This document shows positions 1 through 10,260 of a stretch of DNA of 64,000 bases, in pieces (position 1 is the first letter of the stretch; every line of letters begins with the position of its first letter). The stretch comes from Candidatus Woesebacteria bacterium (GTDB lineage Bacteria > Patescibacteriota > Microgenomatia > UBA8517): contig CP065002.1 of NCBI GenBank assembly GCA_016700095.1, positions 932,145 to 996,144 of the forward strand, given 5' to 3'. The notes under the pieces are model-generated. The model ran no database searches. It worked only from the letters and a program-made list of their open reading frames with translations, and was not told the origin of the DNA. A program made the position numbers and the translations under genes.

Positions 1-939
1 ACATGATCTCGACAATAACATCTATTTTTGGATACCACCAAAAATTATAAAGATTAAATAAGTTAATAATAGACATAATAACCAGCGTTTTTATATATTT
101 TCTGTTGATTCCGGCAATAATTGTAAGCGGTACAAAAACGGGATATATATATCGTTCATGCATATTTGTCAAAAGCATGAAACCCGAAAAAGAAACAACC
201 AATAGTGCCATGACAAGCGATTTATGGGAGGTGTCTTTCACCAAAGAAATACTTACTACTATATAAGATAAGAGAAATAATGCATTGCCCCACATTTCAT
301 ATGAATAGATAAAGAAGATATCTGAATTCGGACGTTCGTGTATCCCGGTTAAGAAAGCCCATAAATTAAATGCGTTCGCAGTGATTACATGCAACTGATG
401 ACTTAGTACTTTATCAACATAAATACTATATAGCCAGGTAAATGAATCTAGCTTTGCAAACGGATAAGTTAACATAAAAATCGCTACAAAACATATTAAA
501 GCAGTAATTAAATAATGTTTAATTTTGTATTTGCCATGTAATGCTACGATGACATAAATCGGTATATAAATTGCCAAAGATAATTTTATATATAAACAAA
601 TAGCATAAAGAAGGGCTGAAGTGGTCAGTTTTTTTCTCATCAAAAAATAAAACGATGCAATTGCAAGAAAGTTTACAATCGCATCCGTTTGTCCCCAGAC
701 GGCTGAGTTATACCATATAACTGGATTTAAAAGAAATATTAACGAAGATAATTTTGCTATTTTTTCATTCTTGCCAATAAGTAGAATTATTTTAGATATA
801 AAGTAAGCAATTCCAAAGTCTGCAAGAATTGACGGCAATTTAAGCAAAGCCGGATACAAATTTGTTTCTGAATATGAAACGATAATTGACGGAAACAACG
901 AAATATTTATATTTATTATCCACAATAAATTAAAAACCA
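1..939 (-). CDS. Polytopic membrane protein, probable GT-C-type glycosyltransferase. Partial: the N-terminus is at 939 and the C-terminus lies beyond the window start.
   Basis: Hand translation of the minus strand gives an open frame from ATG 939..937 to position 1 with no stop (MVFNLLWIININISLFPSII...NPVIWYNSAVWGQTDAIVNFLAIASFYF...TNMHERYIYPVFVPL...). It has multiple hydrophobic helices and an acidic loop motif. It is absent from the ORF track because it runs off the edge. Confidence 0.5.
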
Positions 940-1219
940 TTTCATAAATTTTGCGAATCAAAGCAAAAATATATATTGTTCCGGGTGGTTGGTTGGGCCA
1001 AGTAAAATTCCACACATTTGAATCCGGAGCGTAAAATTGTTGTGGGCCATATTGATAAAATCGTATTCCCCAATCAACATGATTATTGAGATCTCCATGC
1101 CAGTATATAAAAGCAAGGACAAGTCTAAATAGTAACAATCCAAGAAGTATATAAACATACTTACTGATAAATATATTTCCGATAAGTTTAAAGTTAATTT
1201 TTTTCATGTATGTTAATAA

Positions 1220-3004
1220 TTATTTTTTTTCAAAAAGATAAAAAGCAGGCAACCCGGACGGGTAAGTAATCGATTTAATTAAAGTCAAATCTCCGGGAGT
1301 TCTGTCGGGTTCTTTTATCAGATTTATACCCACTTCTTTTTCGCTAGATAACACCAGTACTCCTTTTTCCAAATTTTTTCCCCAGTCATAAAGTTGTCCT
1401 TGGGGTGATGTAAAATAGTACTTGTCAATCATTGTTATCCTTCCATACCTCGGGTCATCAATCCAATTTGAATCCGGTTTAACATTTTGCCATCTCACCG
1501 GATCGTAGTTCATATATGCGGCAAAAAATGTCCACGCGGGTTCACTAGCCATCGTAATAAGCACTTCATTGTAATTACTTTCCAATTCTTTAACCGATTG
1601 AATCGCTTCTTTATATCCTGCATGCCACCATCTCTCGCTGTACCAAGGATTCTGCGTCCAATAGTTTTGTTGATAAAATATGAAATTAATAGTTAGGAGT
1701 GTGGCGTAAAACGAAGTGAATACTATTTTTGTATTTCTATTTAAGGTAGTGACAAAGTAAACCAGTCCATAGGAGATAAGAAATATCATCGGAGGTAGAA
1801 TTACTATCAACCGAGTTGCGTGTCTACCACCTTCTCTGGTTATCGCAGATGGAATTACCCCCAATACTAACCACAAAGCGATAAGCAGTTTATTCTTTCT
1901 TTCTTTCTTGTTACCAAAAAAATATATAAGTCCTAAAATAAGTGCAATAGCTTCAACTTTGTAAAATTGACCTATTCCTTCTATTGAATGCCTCAAATTG
2001 AAATCTCCTTTAATAAATAGAAATTCACCTGAAAATGATTCAAAATAGTTTTTCAGAATTCTTTGTCCCCAAAAGGTGTATTTATTGTAAAACAGCTTGT
2101 CGGAAAATGTTGGAGTCAAGCCAATTCCCATCTCTCCTCTAAATCTCGCGGCTTGCTCTCTTTTGACACCAACTTCCGGTTCCCTAGTTGGATCCGAAAA
2201 TACACTAATGTATCCAAAACGCTGTGTCCCGCCGGAAAACAAAGTTGCGTAGGTAGTGATAGAACCCATAATCAAAACTACGGCACAAGAAGCAACAATA
2301 TATTTTTTTACACCTTTATTTAATTTGTAATGGGTAATATTTTTGTCTTTGTTGAAGAAAAAAAGTGCAATTATTTCTTTTCTCCATATTAGAAATAGTA
2401 AAATTAATAGAATTAGTGTAAACAATTTCGCCGTACTGTAAATAAGGGGTGTGGCAATCAGTAGAGCAAGCGAAACACTAAAATATTTTACTTTCACAAA
2501 GGATTTAAAAAAGAAATACAGCCCAAATAGATAAAACATAATTAACATTGTCACTTCAAATGCCGCACGAGAATATTGTATATGCCAAGGTGAGATCCCT
2601 AAAAATAATGCACTAAGCAATGCTGTCACTTCGATAACTTTAGGATTATCTTTGTTGATCGAGTGTGTCATGAATTCACGTACAAATAGATACATACCGA
2701 GTACCCCCAATATTCCAAATACTGCTGCCGGTAAACGCACTCCCAGCGGCGTTATGCCAAATAGTGCTACAGTCGGTATTGTTGAATAAATAAAAAGTGG
2801 TGTTCGCCATTCGGCAAGAGACTGAAAATTAGCAGGGAAATAATTTCCGGAATAATCTTTACCCGTTTCAATGAAGCTAAATGCGTGGTATCCGACATCA
2901 AGTTCATCTCCAAACAAAGAAACTGGAACCTGTGATAGGTTCCATAATCTCAATATCGAAGAAACAAATAATATTAATATCAATACCTTGATTGTATTTT
3001 TCAT
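1220..3004 (-). CDS. GT-C membrane glycosyltransferase, ArnT/PMT (COG1807, GT39/83)-like, DE-motif subfamily.
   Basis: 594 aa. The N-terminal loop LWNLSQVPVSLFGDELDVGYHAF carries the DE motif typical of ArnT/PMT enzymes. About 11 TM segments are followed by a soluble C-terminal domain (WHAGYKEAIQSVKEL...). Confidence 0.8.
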   Translation of the reverse strand: MKNTIKVLILILFVSSILRLWNLSQVPVSLFGDELDVGYHAFSFIETGKDYSGNYFPANFQSLAEWRTPLFIYSTIPTVALFGITPLGVRLPAAVFGILGVLGMYLFVREFMTHSINKDNPKVIEVTALLSALFLGISPWHIQYSRAAFEVTMLIMFYLFGLYFFFKSFVKVKYFSVSLALLIATPLIYSTAKLFTLILLILLFLIWRKEIIALFFFNKDKNITHYKLNKGVKKYIVASCAVVLIMGSITTYATLFSGGTQRFGYISVFSDPTREPEVGVKREQAARFRGEMGIGLTPTFSDKLFYNKYTFWGQRILKNYFESFSGEFLFIKGDFNLRHSIEGIGQFYKVEAIALILGLIYFFGNKKERKNKLLIALWLVLGVIPSAITREGGRHATRLIVILPPMIFLISYGLVYFVTTLNRNTKIVFTSFYATLLTINFIFYQQNYWTQNPWYSERWWHAGYKEAIQSVKELESNYNEVLITMASEPAWTFFAAYMNYDPVRWQNVKPDSNWIDDPRYGRITMIDKYYFTSPQGQLYDWGKNLEKGVLVLSSEKEVGINLIKEPDRTPGDLTLIKSITYPSGLPAFYLFEKK

Positions 3005-3057
3005 TGTAACTATTTTTACATATTAACGATCAACACACAAACAGACTGGCAATTGTA

Positions 3058-4797
3058 TTACCAATATCTTACCGACTCGCTTGGTAGCAGTGCTTCATTA
3101 AATGAAAGATCGGTCTGCACCATATAGTGTAGTGTACTTGGTAAATCCTGTGTAATTCTTTCGGAAAAGGGAACAAATTCCAATAATAAAAATGCAGGAA
3201 CACTATCATTGAAAGTAATTACTTGATGTAATATTGCATTTTGAGGAATTTCATTTCCCCTGCAAACGTACAATACATGCGCCTTTCCTATTTTGGGACA
3301 TGCGACATCCATTTTAAAGATAATATTTTCGTATCGTTCAACTCTTTCCCAAACACCGGGATTTTCTTTCACAATCACCGACTTTCGAACAAATTCTTCT
3401 GGATGTACTTTGTTGTAAAACAAGAAAAATATGTAAGGATCGCCACCGATAACAACATTTTCATAAGACGACATTTGCCTTACACTGGAAACCATTTCCT
3501 TCATTCCCCCATCCTCATACCACGGCCTATGATAAACATCATGAATGCTAAATTGATGCCAAAAATATGCGAAGTGAGAAAATATTACTAAAAACATTGT
3601 CAGAAATACCAATCTTCGACGAACCCAATTTTTTCCTTTGGCAATTTCATACAAGTGATAAAGTCCGCATCCGGAAAGAATTATAAAGGCAGGTAAACTT
3701 ATTAACGCCCTAACCGGATTTGGGGTTTCTATTGTAAGAGATGAAGGAAGTAAGGATACTAATATCCAGAAATAGATAATATTTTTGTAATTTTGTTTAC
3801 TTGTCGATAAGTAAACAATACCCATAAACATCGTAAGCACTTCAAAGAAATAGTATTGCCCTACACGCGGGATGGAATATTTTGGCATATTGGGATTTCC
3901 ATCTAAAAACATATATTCAAACGAAAGGTGCTCAAAATAGTTTTGTAAAACATCAAATGATTTGATGACAAAATCACTATGAATAACTTCAGCCAATAAA
4001 AGTTTATTCCCTGTCAAAACCCACGAATCTTCGAGTAAAAGTTCGTTCCTGGTAAACTCAGCAGCTCTTTGATTTTTCCCAAACACCATAATGTCATTAG
4101 CCCGAACACGACTTCTGATATCTATAGACAAGAAAACTCCCAAAACAATTATTGAGATTATAAATAACGATATTACTTTTTTCGTTTTCACTACCTTTCT
4201 AAAAACAAAAACGTACATAATGGGAAGAAATGTCATTAGAAAAACTCGTGTTGATGAATATGTCAACATTGCCAAAAAGAACATAACGCTTGCCGCAATC
4301 AGAACTTTGGGGCGTTTATTTTTTGAGTAATTTATTACAAAAAGTATTCCCAGTGATACCAAGGTCGTCGCCAAATTAGACTCAAATGCTTTGCTGGAAA
4401 ACATTATTCCATAAGGAGATATTGCGGCTAGTAATGCCGATGCAATTCCGATATTTTTCTTTTTTGTTATCGCAAACGCCAGAAAATAAATTACGATAGG
4501 AAGAAAAGCACCAGAGACGATAGATACAAATCTCGTTGAAAATTCATTTAAGCCCAGTATTGATACAGGTATCGCTGTAAAATAGGCATACACCGGATAT
4601 TTATAATCTCCAATGCTCGGAAAATACAGTGGAAGTTTATTTCCATATTCATCACTCAGATTATGCGATAGCGAGTATCCATAGTAACCAAACGCTGCCT
4701 CATCGCCATCAAACCCGCGTTGAAGAATCGATGCGCCTGACATCCTAATCATCAATCCCAAAAAGGTAATCCAAAATAAAACAACTTTTGTATTCAT
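3058..4797 (-). CDS. GT-C membrane glycosyltransferase, ArnT/PMT-like, DE-motif subfamily.
   Basis: 579 aa. Loop GFDGDEAAFGYYGYSL. It is polytopic, and its C-terminal domain (EDGGMKEMVSSVRQMSSYENVVIGGD) is paralogous to that of 1220..3004. Confidence 0.8.
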   Translation of the reverse strand: MNTKVVLFWITFLGLMIRMSGASILQRGFDGDEAAFGYYGYSLSHNLSDEYGNKLPLYFPSIGDYKYPVYAYFTAIPVSILGLNEFSTRFVSIVSGAFLPIVIYFLAFAITKKKNIGIASALLAAISPYGIMFSSKAFESNLATTLVSLGILFVINYSKNKRPKVLIAASVMFFLAMLTYSSTRVFLMTFLPIMYVFVFRKVVKTKKVISLFIISIIVLGVFLSIDIRSRVRANDIMVFGKNQRAAEFTRNELLLEDSWVLTGNKLLLAEVIHSDFVIKSFDVLQNYFEHLSFEYMFLDGNPNMPKYSIPRVGQYYFFEVLTMFMGIVYLSTSKQNYKNIIYFWILVSLLPSSLTIETPNPVRALISLPAFIILSGCGLYHLYEIAKGKNWVRRRLVFLTMFLVIFSHFAYFWHQFSIHDVYHRPWYEDGGMKEMVSSVRQMSSYENVVIGGDPYIFFLFYNKVHPEEFVRKSVIVKENPGVWERVERYENIIFKMDVACPKIGKAHVLYVCRGNEIPQNAILHQVITFNDSVPAFLLLEFVPFSERITQDLPSTLHYMVQTDLSFNEALLPSESVRYW

Positions 4798-4835
4798 TCA
4801 ATTTGATTTCGATAAATAGCCGTAGACATCAAGTG

Positions 4836-6308
4836 TTATATTGTTTTTTTAGCTCTTCTCATCTCAACTTCTAATTGACCAGACTGATAAGTATCAATTA
4901 ACTCGGAATCCTTTTTATATTCACCGTACCAATTATCTTGATGTACCGGAATAAACAAATTCGGTTCGATTAAAGTAAAGTAGACGTCAGTTTTTTCTCG
5001 TACCGGTAATCGGCCGTGTGTATTTTTGCCATACCAACGAAACATATATTCCCACATTTCTTCTTTCCAATAGGGAACAGAATAATAATTGTAACTAAAA
5101 TAATTTCCATTGCTGTTAATGTAAGTCCAATCAATAACATTTTTTAAATCGCCTAAATATGTCCTTTGCGCGTTGTAAATAAAAGTTGGTTTATTGGCTA
5201 ATATATTATTTTTGTAAACCCAAACACTGCATACTATTACCAACACATAGACAGGAAATAGTTTGAGATTTATTTTGTTTTTATCCATATTCCAAACAAG
5301 CAGCGCAATTAATACCGGTAAAAATACTGGGATAGTTATAAAGAAATGTCTAAGCGGAACAATGCCGAAACACAAAAAAAATACCAAAGGTGAAAGAGAT
5401 AGAAAAAGCGTTGCTAATACATGTCTATTGATTAAATACTTTCTAGAAAAAACCACAACAGTCACGACAATAACCAGAAAACTAAAACGCGGAGATAAAG
5501 TATAAATATTATCAGCTACTTCTTCGATAAAAGTATAAAAAGAACTTAATCCTGTTGATCCAACACCCCCGCCCGAGAAATAACCCAGAAGCGCTTTCGT
5601 CATAAGAAAATCATTTTTAATTTCATAAATGCCATATGTTGTAAATACACAAGGAACACTCAAAGAAATTGCCAATACTTGCTTAAGGCGTAACTTTATT
5701 TTTTCCACACATATGAAGCCGACTATTCCGGGTAATAACGACATTCCGACGACCTCGTGAAAGTTAAGTATTAATCCCCAAAAGATAACTACACCAAACA
5801 GGTATTTCCAATTGGTTTTAGATTTTACCAAGAAATAATAAAGTAGAATTGCGCAGGCAGGAATTAATGTCGTGTTAGAAAGCCAACGAGCATACACAAT
5901 TGATGAATAATTTACTACATACAAGACTGTTGACAATCGTGCGATTTTTTCATTGAAATGATTCTTTACAGCCAAATATAAAAATAATACAGAGAGACTA
6001 TTAATTGCAATTAAGCACATCTCTATTTTGTACGGATCGCCGTCAAAAATAAAATAAAATGGAAGTAAAATATACAAATAAATTACACCGTGATATATAC
6101 CTGCTATATCGGTTGGAGGACCAAGCAGTTTCAAGTCGCCTCCGAGTATTTTTTCAACTTCAAATAAATCTCTTGCCTGTTCATACCCAAAAAACAGATA
6201 CTTATTTAATAAAAATGACCGGAAAACTAAAGCTATCGCAATCATACACACAACAAAAAGTATGTCACTACTTTTTTTCCGTTTAACTTTTTTAATCAAG
6301 TCTTTCAT
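4836..6308 (-). CDS. GT-C-like membrane glycosyltransferase, second subfamily with the F-G-[YW]-[DE]-Q-x-R-D motif.
   Basis: 490 aa. Motifs FFGYEQARDLFEV, LLGPPTDIAGIYHGVIY and YARWLSNTT. The conserved aromatic C-terminal module is PYWKEEMWEYMFRWYGKNTHGRLP...LIEP. Confidence 0.7.
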   Translation of the reverse strand: MKDLIKKVKRKKSSDILFVVCMIAIALVFRSFLLNKYLFFGYEQARDLFEVEKILGGDLKLLGPPTDIAGIYHGVIYLYILLPFYFIFDGDPYKIEMCLIAINSLSVLFLYLAVKNHFNEKIARLSTVLYVVNYSSIVYARWLSNTTLIPACAILLYYFLVKSKTNWKYLFGVVIFWGLILNFHEVVGMSLLPGIVGFICVEKIKLRLKQVLAISLSVPCVFTTYGIYEIKNDFLMTKALLGYFSGGGVGSTGLSSFYTFIEEVADNIYTLSPRFSFLVIVVTVVVFSRKYLINRHVLATLFLSLSPLVFFLCFGIVPLRHFFITIPVFLPVLIALLVWNMDKNKINLKLFPVYVLVIVCSVWVYKNNILANKPTFIYNAQRTYLGDLKNVIDWTYINSNGNYFSYNYYSVPYWKEEMWEYMFRWYGKNTHGRLPVREKTDVYFTLIEPNLFIPVHQDNWYGEYKKDSELIDTYQSGQLEVEMRRAKKTI

Positions 6309-7785
6309 AAAAGTTATCTATGTTTATATTATCCGTATTTTTATCTGTTGTTCTTTTCTCAACGGTTAAACGACCAAACACTTTATAATCGACTAAATTG
6401 GAATTTCTGTTTAAATCTTTATACCAATTTAGCGACAGTTGTGGTTGGGAATCGTCCGGTTCAATTATCACATAAAATATCTTGGTATCGTTAACGCTAG
6501 GTAGATATCCGTATTCGGTTTGACCTTTCCATGTAAATAAATATTCCCATGCTTCTGATTTCCAATACGGTACGGTAAAGTAATTGTATTTAAAATCGTT
6601 CCCCGCAGAGTCGGAAAATATATAATCAACTATTTTTAAGTCATTCTTTAAATAGGTATATTGAGCATAGTGTAAAAAGTTTTCATTGTGCAAATATATT
6701 TTATTAATCGTTGTTTTAGTATTAGATATAAAAAGCATAAGGATTACAAAAGTCGTAACCACTTTGCCCCAACCTTTCGTTGTCGAATACAACGCACCAA
6801 TCACAGCAAAGAAGAAAAGATGTGTTAGCTGTAAATAGTGTTGATTTGGATCAACTTTGAATATCCAAAAAAATAAAGGAGATGAAATAGTAAATGCGAA
6901 AAATAAAGTAAACCATTTTTCTTTTCTATAAAATATAACCGCTATAATACACAAGGCAACGAGAGCCACCGTTAACCAAATATTGTTGTAAAACGTAAAT
7001 TTTTCAAATTCACTAATGACAATATCTATGATTTTATTTCTATCTCCCCCACCACTTCCTTGATTTATATATACAAGTAGTGATCGAGCCATAATATAAT
7101 TATTCCTTACTTCAAACAACAAATATGAAGAAAACAAAGTTATCAGCAATGCAATATTAGTCAGGACGAGTTTTGCTGAATATTTTATCTTTTGAAGACA
7201 TAGAGCAACAATTACAACCGGCAAAATTGAAAGTGCAACAATCGATTGTAAATGAAAAATGATTGCCCAAGAAAACGTGACTAATAATAGATAGTATCGA
7301 TTATCTTTCAATTTAGAGAGTGCATAAAGTAACAATCCAGCAAAGGCGGGAACCAAATTGGGATTTGATAACCACCTCGAATAGATTATTGAAATATAAG
7401 ACACAGTTAGCAATAAGGAGGATATGACACCTGATATTTTTCCGAATATATTCTCGAGTGCTTTGTAATAAAACAGGATAGAGATACTATTTATAACAAC
7501 CAATATTAACGCGACAACATAAGGATTACCCGAAGCAACAAGTGTAAGTAAAGCTAAAATGTAATAATAAATAACTCCATGGAAATACCCCGGGATACTT
7601 GTTGTCGGACCGATCAAAGCAAAATCTCCATGTATTATGTCGTTTGCCGCCAAAAAGTCTCTCCCCTGCTCCCATCCAAAAAATAAATTGTCACTTAGTT
7701 TTAATGTGCGCAAAAAAAAAGCTAAAGTTATTAGACCAAGCAAAAATACCTTAGACAGATTTATGTGTTTTTTGAGTTTTTCCAC
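6292..7785 (-). CDS. GT-C-like membrane glycosyltransferase (DQxRD subfamily), paralogue of 4836..6308.
   Basis: 497 aa. Motifs FFGWEQGRDFLAA, LIGPTTSIPGYFHGVIY and YSRWLSNPN. C-terminal module PYWKSEAWEYLFTWKGQTEYGYLP...IIEP. It overlaps the downstream gene by 17 nt. Confidence 0.7.
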   Translation of the reverse strand: MEKLKKHINLSKVFLLGLITLAFFLRTLKLSDNLFFGWEQGRDFLAANDIIHGDFALIGPTTSIPGYFHGVIYYYILALLTLVASGNPYVVALILVVINSISILFYYKALENIFGKISGVISSLLLTVSYISIIYSRWLSNPNLVPAFAGLLLYALSKLKDNRYYLLLVTFSWAIIFHLQSIVALSILPVVIVALCLQKIKYSAKLVLTNIALLITLFSSYLLFEVRNNYIMARSLLVYINQGSGGGDRNKIIDIVISEFEKFTFYNNIWLTVALVALCIIAVIFYRKEKWFTLFFAFTISSPLFFWIFKVDPNQHYLQLTHLFFFAVIGALYSTTKGWGKVVTTFVILMLFISNTKTTINKIYLHNENFLHYAQYTYLKNDLKIVDYIFSDSAGNDFKYNYFTVPYWKSEAWEYLFTWKGQTEYGYLPSVNDTKIFYVIIEPDDSQPQLSLNWYKDLNRNSNLVDYKVFGRLTVEKRTTDKNTDNINIDNFYERLD

Positions 7786-8579
7786 TTTGTTCCCGACCAG
7801 ATGATGAAATTGAATACATAATGAATTAGTGTTCCGTGATATATTTTACTCCCGGGAATTAATTTTCTCCATGCATCGGGGTCGTTCTTTTTATCCTTTG
7901 TACTTGCGCCATGATAATGTATAATCTGCGCCTTCGGTAGATAAAAGACTTTCAATCCTTTTTTTCTGACCAGCCGACAATAGTCCAAATCTTCGAAATA
8001 AAAAAAGTATTTTTCATTTAGCTTACCCGCAGACTCAAGAGCTTGTGGGGTAATTAGCATTGCAGCTCCTACAACTGCATCGACTTTTGTTGGCTTCATC
8101 GATTTTGGAGCAAATTTATCCAACTCATTTCCACTACCCAACCAATATTGTTTGATGGCAAGAGGTATTGTCGGAAGGTTCATGCATGATGCTTGTACAC
8201 TGCCGTCTTTGTTTAGAAGCTTGGCACCAACCACACCGATTGTCTTGTCAGTTTCGGCAAATCTAACCATTTCCTGCAGTGCGTCTTTTTTTACTAGTGT
8301 ATCCGAATTTAGAAGTAATATATATTTACCACGTGATTTTGATATTCCTTGATTATTTGCTTTACTAAAACCCGCGTTGGTTTTATTTGCGATTAATGAA
8401 ATATTACTTTTGTTAGTTGCAACCAACTTTTCGAGAAGTTGAACACTGCCGTCATGTGAATAATTGTCAACTATTATTATTTCAAGATCCAGCGAACCCT
8501 TTGTTTTTTTGATTGATTCAATACACGAAAGTGTTAGGTCGCGTGTGTTGAAACTTACTATTATTATTGATAGATCCAT
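7761..8579 (-). CDS. Family 2 glycosyltransferase (GT-A fold).
   Basis: 272 aa. Motifs IIIVSFNT...IIIVDNYSHDGS, LLNSD (DxD-like) and YFEDLDYC. Confidence 0.85.
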   Translation of the reverse strand: MDLSIIIVSFNTRDLTLSCIESIKKTKGSLDLEIIIVDNYSHDGSVQLLEKLVATNKSNISLIANKTNAGFSKANNQGISKSRGKYILLLNSDTLVKKDALQEMVRFAETDKTIGVVGAKLLNKDGSVQASCMNLPTIPLAIKQYWLGSGNELDKFAPKSMKPTKVDAVVGAAMLITPQALESAGKLNEKYFFYFEDLDYCRLVRKKGLKVFYLPKAQIIHYHGASTKDKKNDPDAWRKLIPGSKIYHGTLIHYVFNFIIWSGTKWKNSKNT

Positions 8580-9473
8580 TTAAAAACGAGCAAAAATACT
8601 TTCATCGGATACGACTGACTCTTTCTTTTCAATTTTTCGCAATCTATGCACACCGGCAAACTTGAGTATTGCCATAAAAACTATTCGCAGATACCCCGGA
8701 TGTAAAACAATTCTATTTAATAGTCCTTTTATGTGTTTTCGAAACATTCTTGAACTAGTTATATTGCGCCATATAAAAAGTAGTTGATTTCTTTCTTGAA
8801 TCCTTTGTCTATAGGAAGTTTTAAAAACTTTATTGGTTGATTCATGCTCGTGTAAAACCATTGCATGTGGTTCCCACAGGAGTTTATATCCACGTTTAGC
8901 CGCTCGATAACTCAAATCAATATCTTCCCAATAAAAAGGTGGATATAATTCTTCGTCCATACCTTTTAGTTTCATCCACACGTCTCTGACAAAAACACCC
9001 GATCCCCCATTTACCCAAAACGTATGATGTGCATGTGAACTTTTTTTACCTCCCTCGTGTTCAACAAAACCCTTACAGAAATTTCCGCTTGCCCAAGAAT
9101 AGCCCTTCTCGTTTAAGGAAACGGCAAATAACAAATTATCCTTGAAATGTGGAATAACCCGATGAAGGAAGTTTTTTGCTGGTTTAACATCGGTGTTTAA
9201 AAGACATATTAACTCACCCTTGGCCATTCTGGCGCCGGTATTACACGCCGCAGAAAATCGTCGATTGGTTTTGTGTTTTACGAGTTTCACATCTGGAAAA
9301 TTATTCTTTAGCACTTCGATGCTTTTATCGGTTGAACAATCATCGACAACGATCACTTCAATTATTCGATTGCCACTGTCTCCAAAGGCGCTTAATACAT
9401 GAGGAATATTTTCCAATAACAGCTCTTCGCCATTATAGTTCGGAATAACAATTGACACAAAGAGGTCTTTCAT
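8580..9473 (-). CDS. Family 2 glycosyltransferase.
   Basis: 297 aa. Motifs VSIVIPNYNGEELL, VVDDCSTDKS and LLNTDV. It abuts the next GT2 gene at 8579/8580. Confidence 0.85.
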   Translation of the reverse strand: MKDLFVSIVIPNYNGEELLLENIPHVLSAFGDSGNRIIEVIVVDDCSTDKSIEVLKNNFPDVKLVKHKTNRRFSAACNTGARMAKGELICLLNTDVKPAKNFLHRVIPHFKDNLLFAVSLNEKGYSWASGNFCKGFVEHEGGKKSSHAHHTFWVNGGSGVFVRDVWMKLKGMDEELYPPFYWEDIDLSYRAAKRGYKLLWEPHAMVLHEHESTNKVFKTSYRQRIQERNQLLFIWRNITSSRMFRKHIKGLLNRIVLHPGYLRIVFMAILKFAGVHRLRKIEKKESVVSDESIFARF

Positions 9474-9479
9474 CTAATT

Positions 9480-10136
9480 TTATACTTTTCTAACTTTTAC
9501 AGCGTGCAGCATACCCAATATGAATTTTTTATTACATATAACCTTAAACCCATTTTTGACGCACAGCTCATCAAGGTATTCGTTCCTATATGCATGCAGG
9601 TGGGTATGATTCCATATTTTTCCCCGACCTTTACACCAAAACGGCCACAGTAACCGAAAAAGAAAATTCTCGGAAGGTACTAGAAATACCGCGTAACCAT
9701 TTTTTTTCAACACTCTTTTAACTTCCTTAAGAACCTTCATCGGCTCAAATACATGTTCGAGCATTTCCATCGCAAATACAGCATCAAAAGTACCCGACTT
9801 AAACTTAAGTTTATGGGCATCTCCTACCTCAAATTTCATCTTTTTGTTTTTCTTCCAATGATTTTTTGCCCATGTTATACTGCTCTCCAAAACATCAATC
9901 CCGATTATTTCTTTAGCTTTAGTTGAATCTAATATTACTTTCGTAAAAACTCCATCCGCACATCCGATGTCCAACACTTTCCCCTTGACCGGTTCTGCCA
10001 ATCTGGTTACCTCCTGAAATCTCCTGGTGTGCCAATACCTCTGCATCTTGTTAATTTGAATTGAAGTGTAATACCAGTCGGGTGGTACATTTTCGTGTAA
10101 TTTAGCTGCCATTGATTCCGACTGTTTCATAATCAT
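9480..10136 (-). CDS. Class I SAM-dependent methyltransferase.
   Basis: 218 aa. Motif I VLDIGCADGVF and FDAVFAMEMLEHV, typical of the Methyltransf_11/12 fold. Confidence 0.8.
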   Translation of the reverse strand: MIMKQSESMAAKLHENVPPDWYYTSIQINKMQRYWHTRRFQEVTRLAEPVKGKVLDIGCADGVFTKVILDSTKAKEIIGIDVLESSITWAKNHWKKNKKMKFEVGDAHKLKFKSGTFDAVFAMEMLEHVFEPMKVLKEVKRVLKKNGYAVFLVPSENFLFRLLWPFWCKGRGKIWNHTHLHAYRNEYLDELCVKNGFKVICNKKFILGMLHAVKVRKV

Positions 10137-10260
10137 ATTATAGCAAGGAAAAATGTTTACGTCTGTATATATTCCGTAACATTTTACTCTGCCTGTTCTA
10201 ATATATATTTTTCATCCTTTTATGACACAAAAGGTTTACTGTCAAGACAAAAAATACAAT

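Noticed and set aside
958-1158. 66-aa ORF between the first two GT-C genes.
   Set aside because: It has no recognisable motif and lies in the 280-bp spacer. It is probably non-coding or a leader. I considered whether it was a frameshifted N-terminus of the 1-939 gene, but its sequence is not GT-C-like.
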